NCBI GenBank assembly: GCA_038887515.1
Contig: JAWAKK010000001.1
Location: 640,001 to 704,000 of the forward strand
DNA: 64,000 nt
Direction of reading: 5' to 3'
From: Candidatus Nezhaarchaeales archaeon
Lineage (GTDB): Archaea; Thermoproteota; Methanomethylicia; Nezhaarchaeales; WYZ-LMO8
How positions within the stretch are numbered: position 1 is the first letter of the stretch; every line of letters begins with the position of its first letter. Made by a program: the position numbers and the translations under genes. The notes under the pieces were generated by a model, which made no database searches, was not told where the DNA came from, and saw nothing but the letters and a program-made list of their open reading frames with translations. Positions 30,754 to 40,695 of the stretch are shown here, in pieces.

Positions 30754-30831
30754 GGGCCGGTAGTTTAGCCCGGCTAGAACGCTACCCTTACGAGGTAGTG
30801 GTCCCCGGTTCAAATCCGGGCCGGCCCACCA
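30754..30831 (+). tRNA. tRNA-Val(UAC), intronless, CCA encoded
   Basis: GGGCCGG/CCGGCCC acceptor stem, CTACC-CTTACGA-GGTAG anticodon arm, GGTTCAAATCC T-arm, ACCA end. Confidence 0.96.
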
Positions 30832-30984
30832 TCTTTTGGGTACGAGATTAAGTATCTGTCTAGCCTTGCGTTGGCTATCCCAATAGGAATTAGAAACGTT
30901 CTTCCCTTCCAGCTTCTTTTAAATCTTGTAATACTAAAGTGCATTTATGTATTTCTGTGCATTCTCCACCCTCTTAAAGCTCCT

Positions 30985-31480
30985 CATGCGATGTTGCAGT
31001 TCTTAATAAATTCCATAACCTTCCCAGGATTCTCTACTAAATCGTCAAGAGGTACTGGTTGTGGAGGTGGAAGAATACCTCGTCTAGCACCACAGAATGT
31101 TGAGCAAAGAATCAGCTTCTTGGCTTTTTCAGGGTATTATAACACTAGCTCTTGAGCTATCATCCTACCAATCGAGAAGCCTAAGACGTTGGCTTTGGAG
31201 ATGCCTAATGCATCCATTAGGCCAGCAGTGTCGTCAGCAAAGAGCTTTATGGAGAACGATTTTTGACCCGTGTTACTACGTCTAGCATATCTATAGCCGA
31301 TTCTTTTGTCCAGCACCAAGATGTCAAAGAGAGTGGGCTTGAAGTGCTTTGATAATTTCGAAATCATTTTTGGATCCAACTAATCTAAGTTCCCAGCTAA
31401 GCCCATTATCATGACTAAAGGGCTCCTTCGCCCTTGATATCGTAGTAGATGTTTACGTCTCCCACCTTTATCTTAAGCAT
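30985..31480 (-). pseudogene. Alpha/beta hydrolase pseudogene
   Basis: MLKIKVGDVNIYYDIKGEG / PLVMIMGLAGNLD* / ...ANVLGFSIGRMIAQELVL* / LILCSTFCG, spread over several frames with stops. Confidence 0.8.
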
Positions 31481-31660
31481 AGACCTCCTCACACAATGCG
31501 TAACTCCTTTCTTTTACAATACCCCTGTCTATGGTCATGAGTCTATAGAGATTTCGGGCTTCTCTGTTGGAAGGATGTAAGAATAAACGAAGTATCAAGT
31601 TTATCCAGCAAGGAATAGGTTCATAGTCAAGATGAGGGAAAATGGAGGTATGTGGGTGGT

Positions 31661-31951
31661 CTACCTGTTTTTCTGCTTTGATTTCTCTCTTAGCATCCTT
31701 TCAAGGTAATCTGTCCTCTCGAGGGGGAGTGCACCCAACCTTTTCAGATTAGCTATGCACTCAGCCGCAGATTTACACCACATAATACATGACTCTGACG
31801 CCTCCCTCTTGACCACTCTACTGCACTCGGGACACTTCCTCTCAATCTCATACTCAAAGAACTCTACTTCAGCTCCACAAACTGGACAGTAGGCAATTAT
31901 TATTTGAGGTTCAACTAAGCTCTTAGTCCCTGGACAATATTTTAGTGCCAT
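31661..31951 (-). CDS. Small Cys-rich Zn-ribbon/FeS protein
   Basis: CPG...CPVCG..VEFF.....CPEC......CIMWC.....C pattern. Confidence 0.75.
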   Translation of the reverse strand: MALKYCPGTKSLVEPQIIIAYCPVCGAEVEFFEYEIERKCPECSRVVKREASESCIMWCKSAAECIANLKRLGALPLERTDYLERMLREKSKQKNR

Positions 31952-31968
31952 AAGCCCGACACCTTGTT

Positions 31969-32601
31969 CTAAGCCCTCCTTATCTTACCGTCAATTGTCA
32001 CTATAAGTTCTTCAATATTCAGCTTCTTCCCAGATCTCTCAAGGGCTTCGCGAGCTATCCTTGTTATGTCTGAGCAACATGGGACCTCCATTCTCACTGC
32101 CTTTATTGAAATAACGTCGTTACGCTTTATTAATCCCATAAGTTTATCCCTATAGAGGCTCTTATCCCCGAATATTGGGCAACCCGATACGACTATCTTA
32201 CCCCTCGACATTGAAGCAAAGTCTTTGTAGACGAAAGCTGTACAATCGGCCGCTACAACGAGTTCACGCCCACTTGAATTCAATAGCCGCGGATTAATAA
32301 GTTCAAGTTTTATAGGCCAGTTTACTATTCCAAAATCTTCAGATCGAGCCTCTTCATGGCGAAGAGGTTGTTCGACGTTCGGCTCGACCGACTCTATTCC
32401 CCGCTCATGGATTGTTATGGCACCCCTAGGACATTCCTTAATACATGCCCCCAAACCATCGCACATAGATTCCTTTACTAGCCTTGCCTTCCCATTAATT
32501 ATTTGGAGAGCCCCTTCTGGGCAAGCCGATATACAGGCACCACACCCATCACATTTCGTTTCATCTATCTTAATAATTTTCGTCGTGGAAATTTTTCCCA
32601 T
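31969..32601 (-). CDS. 2x[4Fe-4S] ferredoxin-domain protein (Hcp/CooS-neighbour type)
   Basis: CDGCGACISACP, CDGLGACIKECP, NWPIKL, AADC, GCP and MEVPCC motifs. Confidence 0.85.
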   Translation of the reverse strand: MGKISTTKIIKIDETKCDGCGACISACPEGALQIINGKARLVKESMCDGLGACIKECPRGAITIHERGIESVEPNVEQPLRHEEARSEDFGIVNWPIKLELINPRLLNSSGRELVVAADCTAFVYKDFASMSRGKIVVSGCPIFGDKSLYRDKLMGLIKRNDVISIKAVRMEVPCCSDITRIAREALERSGKKLNIEELIVTIDGKIRRA

Positions 32602-32705
32602 ATCGGTACACAGATTGTTGTGTCACGATATTTAATAAACTTTTATGTGTATTGTGAAATCATTTATAATTAGGAGGAGATGACGACTTTGTATTCTAAA
32701 TTTTA

Positions 32706-32990
32706 ATGGAGACTCGACGACAAAGACCTCAAAATAATATCGTTATACTCCGAGAACCCTGAAATTAGCTAAGAGGAAGTAGCAAAGAAAATTGGCGCAT
32801 CTCAGCCAGCCGTAGTCGTTAGAATTAGAAAACTTAAGCAGATAGGCATCCTTGAGGAAAGGATTGGACTAAATCTCCTAAAAATGGGCCTCCATGTGGC
32901 GAAAGTTAACGTGTCAACTATCAATTCAGGCAAGATCTTGAAAAATATGTTAAAGGAACGATATGATATTAATGTTGTCTCGAGCCCAAA
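32706..32990 (+). pseudogene. Lrp/AsnC regulator pseudogene
   Basis: LDDKDLKIISLYSENPEIS*EEVAKKIGASQPAVVVRIRKLKQIGILEERIGLN; in-frame TAA at 32770 and an out-of-frame ATG at 32706. Confidence 0.8.
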
Positions 32991-33058
32991 AAGTGATGTA
33001 AATGGGGTGTCGAGGGGTTCACGCTTGCATAACGCTCTACTTTTCATTCATAGTTCTA

Positions 33059-33652
33059 TCATTGGACTTTAACCCTTCTTTCCCTCTCCATTTCCTCTAT
33101 TATTTCGTCTACGGTCATCAACTTTGCGTTGTATACGAACTCTAAATATCGAAGGCCCTGCTCATGATCCTCCTGCGTAAATGATTCTACCCCATCTTTT
33201 GCTATTACTATTTTATAGCCTCTAAAGAAGGCGTCGGCGGCTGTATGTCTTACACATATATGCGTATGTAACCCACACAAAACTACGGTTTTGACTCCTT
33301 CACCGTCGTATAGGCTCCTCAAAAGGGTGTCTAAACCGGTTTCAAAGAAGCCGCTATAGGTCCGCTTTTCAATGATATAATCGTTCTCTTTAGGTTGAAG
33401 TTCCGGAATGACCTCGGCACCCTTGGTGCCTTTGATGGCATGAGGCCCCCAACGATGGACGATCTCGAAATCACTGTAGTAGTGGGCATCATTACAGTAA
33501 ATGACTGGGACTCCGTGACTCCTCGCGGCTTCTACGAGCTTCTTCAATTTTGGAATTATGTGTTGAGCCCTTTCACATCTTAGATTGCCGGACACGAAAT
33601 CGTTAAGCATGTCAATTATTATGATAGCCATCCTCTCCAATGGAACTGGCAC
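33059..33652 (-). CDS. Isochorismatase/nicotinamidase-family cysteine hydrolase
   Basis: IDMLNDF, HWGPH-like motif (HRWGPHA), EKRTYSGF and GLHTHICVRHTA motifs. Confidence 0.9.
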   Translation of the reverse strand: MPVPLERMAIIIIDMLNDFVSGNLRCERAQHIIPKLKKLVEAARSHGVPVIYCNDAHYYSDFEIVHRWGPHAIKGTKGAEVIPELQPKENDYIIEKRTYSGFFETGLDTLLRSLYDGEGVKTVVLCGLHTHICVRHTAADAFFRGYKIVIAKDGVESFTQEDHEQGLRYLEFVYNAKLMTVDEIIEEMERERRVKVQ

Positions 33653-34060
33653 CCCCTCGATTTTATAGCCACGCGATTTATTTGATGATACAGACTTGTC
33701 CTTAAAATAATCTTTAGAGGGGACCGATATATAACTGCGAGTTCCTTAACATTCTTGCTGCTCTAAAAACGAGTTTCTGACTCATGTTTCGAAATGTTAA
33801 ATTTTTAACGTAGCATGCAGGCCCTGTTTAAGCAAAATTGGTATCGAACACCACATTTGTTGGCTTTAAGGATGGAGCCTACCTTTTCGATGTTATGCCT
33901 ACGGATAACAGAAGAATTTGCAATTATTCATATTTCCAAGCGTGGATCGCCGATAATCGTTACAACGGCATAGAGTGTGGATGGTAGCAAGAGCGTGAAA
34001 CATATTTTGCGTCGTCGAAGATAACCGGACAAATAGGTTAAATTGTGTACGGGTTTTATC

Positions 34061-35059
34061 TCAGAGCCAGGCCGTGATCGAGGGAATTATCACTGAAATT
34101 ATGAGGGCTACCGCAGCCATTGGAAGGACGTACTTCCAGAATAATATTAATGCTTGATCTATCCTTAATCTACCGGTCATCGTTCTAATCCACGTCACCA
34201 CCGTCACTACGATTAAGTACTCTACCATCGTTATTATCAGGGATAAATATAATGGAAGGCCTGAGAATGGGATGGGGCCTCCGAAGAACAACATCGTTAT
34301 CAGTAATGAGCCTACTACGACCTCTACATCGTGCAGTCCTAGTATTAGAGCCAGCTTAAAGCCTGAGTACTCGGTAAAGGGTCCTGCAACTATCTCTGTC
34401 TCAGCCTCCGGTATGTCGAAAGGCTTGGTCATAAGCTTGCACTGAAGAGAGAGCAGAGCTGCTATGATAGAGAGTATCATAGGTATGACTGTGTATGGAT
34501 TCATCCAAAGCTTCCATGCTGTGAGGCACGACTTGTAGAGCGAGTATTCAGCTCCGTAAATCGTGCTAGATAAGACTACAGGTGTCAGTACCGATGCAAC
34601 GAAAGTAACTTCGTAGGCAAGAGTCATGCTGAGCACCCTCGATGTCCCAACGGTACTAAAAGGGTTCGGGGTAAGGGCACCTATGAGGGCTAAAGTTATA
34701 GTTGGCCACACGAGGAGGTACATGGCCAGCATTATATCGTGGCTAGCTACTATTGGGCGTAGTGGCGCTATAGGTAGCATGAGTACTAGGGCTACCGTAG
34801 ATCCAAGAGCTATCGACAAAAGTGTAACTGCTAGCCTTGGGCTGGAGCCCTCGGTTGAAACGTCTTCCTTAAAGAAGAGCTTGATGAAATCGGCTATTGG
34901 CTGCAAGATTCCGAAGGGACCTGTGTATAGAGGCCCTATCCTATTCTGCATGTGTGCGCAAAGCTTCCTATAGTACCATTGTGTTAACCAAGCTGCTACG
35001 CTTAAGAATACGAGCCCTGGATACACTATCACCTCAAATAAAAGGTCTAATACTGTCAT
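34061..35059 (-). CDS. Membrane hydrogenase subunit, NuoH/MbhM-like
   Basis: QNRIGP, GILQPIADFIKL and PFDIPEAETEIVAGPFTEYSG motifs. Confidence 0.9.
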   Translation of the reverse strand: MTVLDLLFEVIVYPGLVFLSVAAWLTQWYYRKLCAHMQNRIGPLYTGPFGILQPIADFIKLFFKEDVSTEGSSPRLAVTLLSIALGSTVALVLMLPIAPLRPIVASHDIMLAMYLLVWPTITLALIGALTPNPFSTVGTSRVLSMTLAYEVTFVASVLTPVVLSSTIYGAEYSLYKSCLTAWKLWMNPYTVIPMILSIIAALLSLQCKLMTKPFDIPEAETEIVAGPFTEYSGFKLALILGLHDVEVVVGSLLITMLFFGGPIPFSGLPLYLSLIITMVEYLIVVTVVTWIRTMTGRLRIDQALILFWKYVLPMAAVALIISVIIPSITAWL

Positions 35060-35400
35060 TAAGCCATCACCGCCACAAAAGTCGCTATTAATATCACCAT
35101 AAATATAAACATCCAGAACATCCAGTCGCTTAAGATTCCTGTATGGATCCTATCTCGAAGTGTGCTATAGAGAGAATGGAAGACCCTCTTCCATACTATC
35201 GAGTACATTCCTAAGTCGGGAAGACCTGTCTTGGAGGGCTGTAACGACTCACCGCAAGCAAAAGGCTTCCTCTTCTCCTCAGACCCCTTTGCAACTGACT
35301 TCGTAGCCCTTAAGGAGAGGCCGTAGATGGCTATGAGTATTACTGACGTTACAGCAATAGCAAAGGCCGCTTCCAGTACCGTAATTAGGAGAGGTAGCAT
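35059..35400 (-). CDS. MbhI-like small membrane subunit
   Basis: KPFACGE and HTGILSDW motifs; lies between the MrpD-like and NuoH-like genes. Confidence 0.75.
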   Translation of the reverse strand: MLPLLITVLEAAFAIAVTSVILIAIYGLSLRATKSVAKGSEEKRKPFACGESLQPSKTGLPDLGMYSIVWKRVFHSLYSTLRDRIHTGILSDWMFWMFIFMVILIATFVAVMA

Positions 35401-35406
35401 AATACA

Positions 35407-36999
35407 TCAACCTCCAAGTACCATTCTTATGATGTTCTGGGCTGCATATATGAAGCTCTGGGTATCGAAGAGAGATGAAACGGCTGGCAATATTACTTTA
35501 TCCACAAATATTGGCGCTAGTAAACCCAACATTATGCATGAACCTGCCAAGACCAATAGAGGTACGACCATGGATTTAGGCGCTTCCTTTATCGAAGACA
35601 TATCTCTAGTCGGTTGCCTAGCATAAATGTGATAGAAGGCCTTTAAGTAGCCCATCAACGCAAATACGCTTGTCAATACTATAACGACTACAAGTGGAGC
35701 CAACCAGCCGGTCTCCAAATAAGCTTTAAACAATAGCAACTTGCTCACAAACCCGTTAAGTGGAGGAGCACCTGCAAGAGCTAGAGAACCTATAAGAAGG
35801 GCCACGCTCGTCAGGGGCATTCTCTTGCCAATGCCAGCAAGCTCGTCAAGATTCCTACTACCCGCGGAGTGTATGATGGCTCCGGCTACCATGAATAGGA
35901 GGGCCTTCCCTATCGCGTGGTTTACTAAGTGGAAGAGGGCCGCTGATAATCCATCCGGGTTAGCTAGACCCATGCCCATAGCTATGTAACCTACGTTGAG
36001 GACTGTTCCGTACGCGATTAGCCTCTTCAGATCGCGTTGCGTAAGCATCAGCGTGGACCCTATGATTGCGGATGTAACGCCTAGGATTATCAGTGCGTAG
36101 TTAAGTGCTTGAACTATCGGGACTGTTGGTGACGCTTCTCTGAATATCGTTATTAGATACCTCATCAGCGCGAAGAGAGCAACTTTGACCATTAACCCCG
36201 ATAGTATTGCTGATATAGGTGATGGAGCGGCTGGATGAGCATCGGGAAGCCAGAAGTGGTTGGGAGCTAATGCAGCCTTTAAGCTGAAGGCCCAGAACGT
36301 CAAAGCCAAGAATATAGCAGAGCCTAGGAATACATTGCCAATCGGTGGACCCGTTACCGGTAATGTGGAGCCTCTAAGTTTTAAGGCTAGGTCGGCCATG
36401 TTCAGCGTACCAAAGGTTCCATAGGCAAACGTTAGGGCTATGAAGTATGCAGTTGTAGCGATTGAGCCTATAATCGCATACTTTACTGCTGCTTCGACAG
36501 CTTCGTGGGTTTCTCGGCGGAACGCTATTAAACCGTAAGCTGAAACCGACATTACTTCGAGCATTACGAAAAGGTTAAACATGTCGCCAGTATAGACGCA
36601 GCCAAGCATGCCTGCCTCGAAGCCTAGCATCAACGTGTAATATAGTTGCATTCTCGTCTCATGTTCCATGTAGCGCAGGCTGAAGATTGCCGCCGTTAAT
36701 ACTAGGCTAGTTATCAGGAGGCCCATTAGTGCTCCGCTACGATCAATCTCGTAAACTATACCTATGGGCGGAGGCCATGCACCGAAAATGTAAATAAGCG
36801 GTTCACTCGATTCAACGAAGAGATGATATGCTACTACGAGCGATAACATGAAGTCTATTGAGAAAATCGTTAAAGCAAAGCCCTCCCAAGCAACCCTCTT
36901 CTTTATAATTAAACTTATTAAGGGTAGCAGGAAAGCTGCAGCTATAGCTAAGAACGGCTGTACAGCTGCAAGCTTTACAGCATAATTTAGTTCGATCAA
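35407..36999 (-). CDS. MrpD/MbhH antiporter-like subunit
   Basis: WPPPIGI, TGDMFNLFVMLEV, HFWLPDAHPAAPSPISAILSG and HAIGKALLF motifs. Confidence 0.92.
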   Translation of the reverse strand: MIELNYAVKLAAVQPFLAIAAAFLLPLISLIIKKRVAWEGFALTIFSIDFMLSLVVAYHLFVESSEPLIYIFGAWPPPIGIVYEIDRSGALMGLLITSLVLTAAIFSLRYMEHETRMQLYYTLMLGFEAGMLGCVYTGDMFNLFVMLEVMSVSAYGLIAFRRETHEAVEAAVKYAIIGSIATTAYFIALTFAYGTFGTLNMADLALKLRGSTLPVTGPPIGNVFLGSAIFLALTFWAFSLKAALAPNHFWLPDAHPAAPSPISAILSGLMVKVALFALMRYLITIFREASPTVPIVQALNYALIILGVTSAIIGSTLMLTQRDLKRLIAYGTVLNVGYIAMGMGLANPDGLSAALFHLVNHAIGKALLFMVAGAIIHSAGSRNLDELAGIGKRMPLTSVALLIGSLALAGAPPLNGFVSKLLLFKAYLETGWLAPLVVVIVLTSVFALMGYLKAFYHIYARQPTRDMSSIKEAPKSMVVPLLVLAGSCIMLGLLAPIFVDKVILPAVSSLFDTQSFIYAAQNIIRMVLGG

Positions 37000-37514
37000 T
37001 CGAAGACCCCCCTAATATATTTCTCGAAGGATTTTGATATTGCATCGTAACACTTCGAATCTTCCACGTCTTTCACATCTATCCAATGAACGTAGTAGCT
37101 TTTCTTAGTCTCATCTATGTCAACGACGACTGTTCCAGGCGTATTGGTTATTGAGCAAGCGACTGCAGCTATAGCGTAGTCGCTCTTGACGTAATAGGGC
37201 ACTCTAACTATGCCGGGCTTGATTGGCATTCTCGGGTTAAGTATCCTCTTAATCACATCCCAATGGCATTTAAGTTCCGCAATTAAGAAGTAGTAGAAGA
37301 AGTAAGCTATTGCCCATGCCCACCTAGCCAAGTTAAACGCTTTACCGGGATGCTCCTTTACCACCAAAGTTGAAGTGAAGAAGGCTACAACCGCAGACGC
37401 TATTATGCCGAGCGTTATCGTCATGAGGGATACGGACGCCGACACGATCAGGAAGACCACGAGCAGTAACAGGAATACTACTATAAAGCTTAGAATTCTC
37501 GTCCGGTTCATCAA
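36996..37514 (-). CDS. MrpE/MbhA subunit
   Basis: IKPGIVRVP, SITNTPGT and YVHWID motifs. Confidence 0.88.
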   Translation of the reverse strand: MMNRTRILSFIVVFLLLLVVFLIVSASVSLMTITLGIIASAVVAFFTSTLVVKEHPGKAFNLARWAWAIAYFFYYFLIAELKCHWDVIKRILNPRMPIKPGIVRVPYYVKSDYAIAAVACSITNTPGTVVVDIDETKKSYYVHWIDVKDVEDSKCYDAISKSFEKYIRGVFD

Positions 37515-37517
37515 TTA

Positions 37518-37907
37518 TCACCCTTTAAGTCTAGTTATCTTCTTAACCATGATGGTGCCGTAGAGTCTATATACCTGGATTATTAGGAAGGCAATTAACA
37601 TCGTTATAGCCATGTTTATGACTATGGCTGTTACTACTAAACATTGAGGCACTGGATCTACGGCTACAGAAGCAAACCAAGCTATGTCAGTTGGCGTTGG
37701 TGCTTCTACGTGCAGTATTGGAGGTTGAGGTGTACCAAGTCTAAAGCCTATGTATATTATCAAGACGTTGGCTACGTCACCAAAAATGCTTAATGCGATA
37801 AGCTTCTTGGTAAGTGAGGCACCCCTAACTACTCCGTAAAGCGATATCGCCATTATAGCTATGAGGGCTAGGTAGCAGTACAGTTGAAGGAAGGCTTCAA
37901 TGTTCAC
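37518..37907 (-). CDS. MrpC/MbhG subunit
   Basis: KKLIAL and VDPVPQCLVVTAIVI motifs. Confidence 0.88.
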   Translation of the reverse strand: MNIEAFLQLYCYLALIAIMAISLYGVVRGASLTKKLIALSIFGDVANVLIIYIGFRLGTPQPPILHVEAPTPTDIAWFASVAVDPVPQCLVVTAIVINMAITMLIAFLIIQVYRLYGTIMVKKITRLKG

Positions 37908-38691
37908 GGCTGAACGCCCTCCTAAACTCTTCTTCAGGAATTGAGAGTAAGAGAAACAATAGTGTAAAGCCTGCTCCTACTGCAAGGAACTCTGCAATGT
38001 TGTAAAAGAAAATTGATCCAGAAGTCTCTACGGGGCCTATGGCTTCGGGGAATGAAAATAAGGGGGACCAGGGTTTTGCTTGGTTTTGCATTAACGCTAT
38101 TGCGCCGGCTAGAACAGGTAGACCTGCAACCAACACAATCATCATTAGAAAAGTCGTCTCAATAGTTAAACACCTATTCCTAGTTAATCTTAAGGTCCCC
38201 TCTAGGAAATATCGCGAGAAAGAGGCGATAATTATTAGTTGTGCAACAGCAAAAATGGAGCCTGCTTGGAAGCCGCCGATAATGGTAGCTATGGCTACCG
38301 AAACTATAACTATTAGGGGGTAGGTAAGCCTATTGACTGTCTTAACTATTATTGAAAGGCCCAGCTCCTTCTTCCTGTTGTTGGGGCCAAGCTTTATTCC
38401 AGCTATCTTGAATAAGGCTAGGCTACCCATGACAGCTAAGAAGAATACCGAGCTTTCGTAGTACGTATCTAGTCCTCTGTAATCCCATATCATAGCTGAT
38501 ACCGGCTCACGGCTTGCAGCCCACCATGTCTTATTGAATACGTTGAATGAGTTCTCCAAGTAGAACTTAGCCAATGGCCTTACTTCTTCTGAAGGGGTCC
38601 AACCAGTGCTACCCAACATTACTGTTGCCACCAAGGTAAAGAGGAAGACCGCAGCCATTATTCCTACAATTGCATCTTTAATTCGCATCAA
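37897..38691 (-). CDS. MrpB-type subunit (MbhE+MbhF fusion)
   Basis: WDYRGLDTYYE and GGFQAG motifs. Confidence 0.85.
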   Translation of the reverse strand: MMRIKDAIVGIMAAVFLFTLVATVMLGSTGWTPSEEVRPLAKFYLENSFNVFNKTWWAASREPVSAMIWDYRGLDTYYESSVFFLAVMGSLALFKIAGIKLGPNNRKKELGLSIIVKTVNRLTYPLIVIVSVAIATIIGGFQAGSIFAVAQLIIIASFSRYFLEGTLRLTRNRCLTIETTFLMMIVLVAGLPVLAGAIALMQNQAKPWSPLFSFPEAIGPVETSGSIFFYNIAEFLAVGAGFTLLFLLLSIPEEEFRRAFSREH

Positions 38692-38945
38692 TCTGACTCC
38701 TCCATTCTTTCGGTCTTGCTTATAACGTAGAGAAGTACTATTGTGTAGATCCCTACGGCTACGGCAACATACGCTAGAACTATGTCAACAGCCATGAGTA
38801 GGAGTAGGGCTATAGCGAACGTTGCTGACTGGCCAGCTGAAAAGATGGCTGCCTTTACCAAGTCTCTGCTTTTGATGGCAAAGTACGTGAATAACGCTCC
38901 TAGCGTGAACGATAATGCTAATAATGATAATGCTACTAGAGACAT
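38688..38945 (-). CDS. MbhD/DUF4040 subunit
   Basis: RDLVKAAIFS...AVDIVLAYVAVAVG, three TM helices. Confidence 0.8.
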   Translation of the reverse strand: MSLVALSLLALSFTLGALFTYFAIKSRDLVKAAIFSAGQSATFAIALLLLMAVDIVLAYVAVAVGIYTIVLLYVISKTERMEESD

Positions 38946-39322
38946 TATCCTCCCCTCCTCTTATCCTCCTCTAGGAGATCGCAGACCTTAGGTTCTACTG
39001 GAACCCCATGCCGGTGAGCCCCTCTAGCTAAGGCATGTGATCCTACCGGGGCCGTAATTACTATTATTAGGGCGGTTATAAACGAGCCTGCAGCTAGGAA
39101 CCATTTCCACTCTCCAAGAAAGTCGCAGGCTATAACCATTAGGGTTAAGCCGAATAATGGATAGACTGCGCCGCCAATTACTCCCACCGTAGCTGCATGA
39201 AGTCGAACAAAGAAGTTTGGAAACCTTACGAGACCTAGAGCGGCTACAAGATCGCAAAACGCCCCAATAATCATTAGTACAATCCCTAAGTATAGGAAAA
39301 TCGGTTCCAATATTGACCACAC
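38945..39322 (-). CDS. MrpG/MbhC subunit
   Basis: GLVRFPNFFVRLHAAT and APVGSHALA motifs. Confidence 0.88.
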   Translation of the reverse strand: MWSILEPIFLYLGIVLMIIGAFCDLVAALGLVRFPNFFVRLHAATVGVIGGAVYPLFGLTLMVIACDFLGEWKWFLAAGSFITALIIVITAPVGSHALARGAHRHGVPVEPKVCDLLEEDKRRGG

Positions 39323-39324
39323 GA

Positions 39325-39609
39325 TTATTCACCCAACTCCTTTCTTTCAAGGTATTTAGCCACGTATAAGTCGAAAATGTAAGTCCAAAGGGCGAGGCAA
39401 ATTGCACATACTATCAGGATGGGGGCTTCGAAGTATATGGCTAATACGGCCATTAGGAAACATACGTCGTAAGACAGGCAGTCGACCGCTAAAGTCATGT
39501 CTGCAACCGTTGGCCCTTTTATCGCTCTCACTACGTAAAGGATTATTGCAACACCAAATATCGGTATAACTGCGATGATGACCGTTTTGACGAGCTCTTC
39601 AATCGTCAA
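39325..39609 (-). CDS. MrpF/MbhB subunit
   Basis: RAIKGPTVAD...AVD and AKYLE motifs. Confidence 0.85.
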   Translation of the reverse strand: MTIEELVKTVIIAVIPIFGVAIILYVVRAIKGPTVADMTLAVDCLSYDVCFLMAVLAIYFEAPILIVCAICLALWTYIFDLYVAKYLERKELGE

Positions 39610-39787
39610 GCTCCGTGCACCGCCCTATAATTTAGGGGCTCTTTCACCATCTCACATAGATATTTATTATAAGTCTTACGCCTTCTTTCACAATTAATGT
39701 TAAGTCGGAGATTCTGATGGATTATCATACTAACGGGCTTTATGCAAGGACGTAGAAGACTACGTAGAGCTTAAAAGTCTAAGCGCT

Positions 39788-40252
39788 GTGAGCTCTAGAG
39801 GCAAAAGGTGTGGAGCTTTGTCTCTACAGAGACTGGCGACGTGGGCGAGGATTAAGTCTCCTTGGATACTACATGTCAATACTGGTGCATGCAATTCGTG
39901 CGACATAGAATTGCTGGCGGCTCTGACCCCTAGGTTTGACGTTGAGCGATTCGGAATACTTTTAAAGCCTTCTCCGAGACACGCTGACGTGCTAATGGTA
40001 ACGGGCGCCGTTACTAGGCAGGCAGCAGAGAGGATTAAAAGGATTTACGAGCAGACCCCCGACCCCAAATTTGTAGTGGCCTTGGGAAACTGCACAATAA
40101 GCGGAGGTGTATTCCAAAACTGTTATGGAGTGCTGGGTGGGGTTGACAAAGTCATCCCCGTCGATACTTATATACCAGGCTGCCCACCAAGACCTGACGC
40201 CATAATCTATGGAGTTCTAAAGTTGATAGAGAAGGTGACAAAAGGTGGCTGA
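39788..40252 (+). CDS. Group 4 [NiFe]-hydrogenase small subunit (MbhJ/NuoB-like)
   Basis: GACNSCDIE, SPRHAD, GNC and PGCPPRP motifs. The start may be TTG at 39818. Confidence 0.92.
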   Translation: MSSRGKRCGALSLQRLATWARIKSPWILHVNTGACNSCDIELLAALTPRFDVERFGILLKPSPRHADVLMVTGAVTRQAAERIKRIYEQTPDPKFVVALGNCTISGGVFQNCYGVLGGVDKVIPVDTYIPGCPPRPDAIIYGVLKLIEKVTKGG

Positions 40253-40694
40253 AGTACATCCCGATATCTCGACAAGTCTTAAAGAAGAGCTTAAGGAGGC
40301 CCTACTTGATTGCGAGTACATAGCTAAGAGAAGGGTCCTCAAGGTTATAATCGAAAAAGAGGCCCTACTTAGAACTATAGGGCTAATAAGCAAGATTAGT
40401 AATGGAGAATACCACCTTACAACTATAACTGGGGCTGACCTAGATGGCGACCAAGTAGAGCTCACGTACTTTTTGTGGCTTTTACCTCAAAAGCTTCGAG
40501 TATTAATTAAGACAAGAGTTCCAAAGAGAGAATTAAAGATTCGAAGTCTAACCGATTTTATACCGGCAGCGGTGCTTTATGAAAGAGAGACCTATGAGAT
40601 GTTGGGGGTAGTTTTTGAAGGTCATCAAAAGCTTGAGAGGCTGTTCCTACCCGAAGACTGGCCTGAAGGGTCTTACCCATTAAGGAGGGATTGA
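40245..40694 (+). CDS. MbhK/NuoC-like subunit
   Basis: TITGAD and YERETYEMLGVVFEGH...LFLPEDWP...PLRRD motifs. Confidence 0.9.
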   Translation: MAEVHPDISTSLKEELKEALLDCEYIAKRRVLKVIIEKEALLRTIGLISKISNGEYHLTTITGADLDGDQVELTYFLWLLPQKLRVLIKTRVPKRELKIRSLTDFIPAAVLYERETYEMLGVVFEGHQKLERLFLPEDWPEGSYPLRRD

Positions 40695-40695
40695 C

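Noticed and set aside
30985-32990. Stop-codon readthrough (Sec/Pyl) in interrupted genes
   Set aside because: The stops include TAA and come with frameshifts, which indicates ordinary pseudogenisation.
30754-34060. Intact integrated element at tRNA-Val
   Set aside because: No integrase and no duplicated tRNA 3' end was found by eye.
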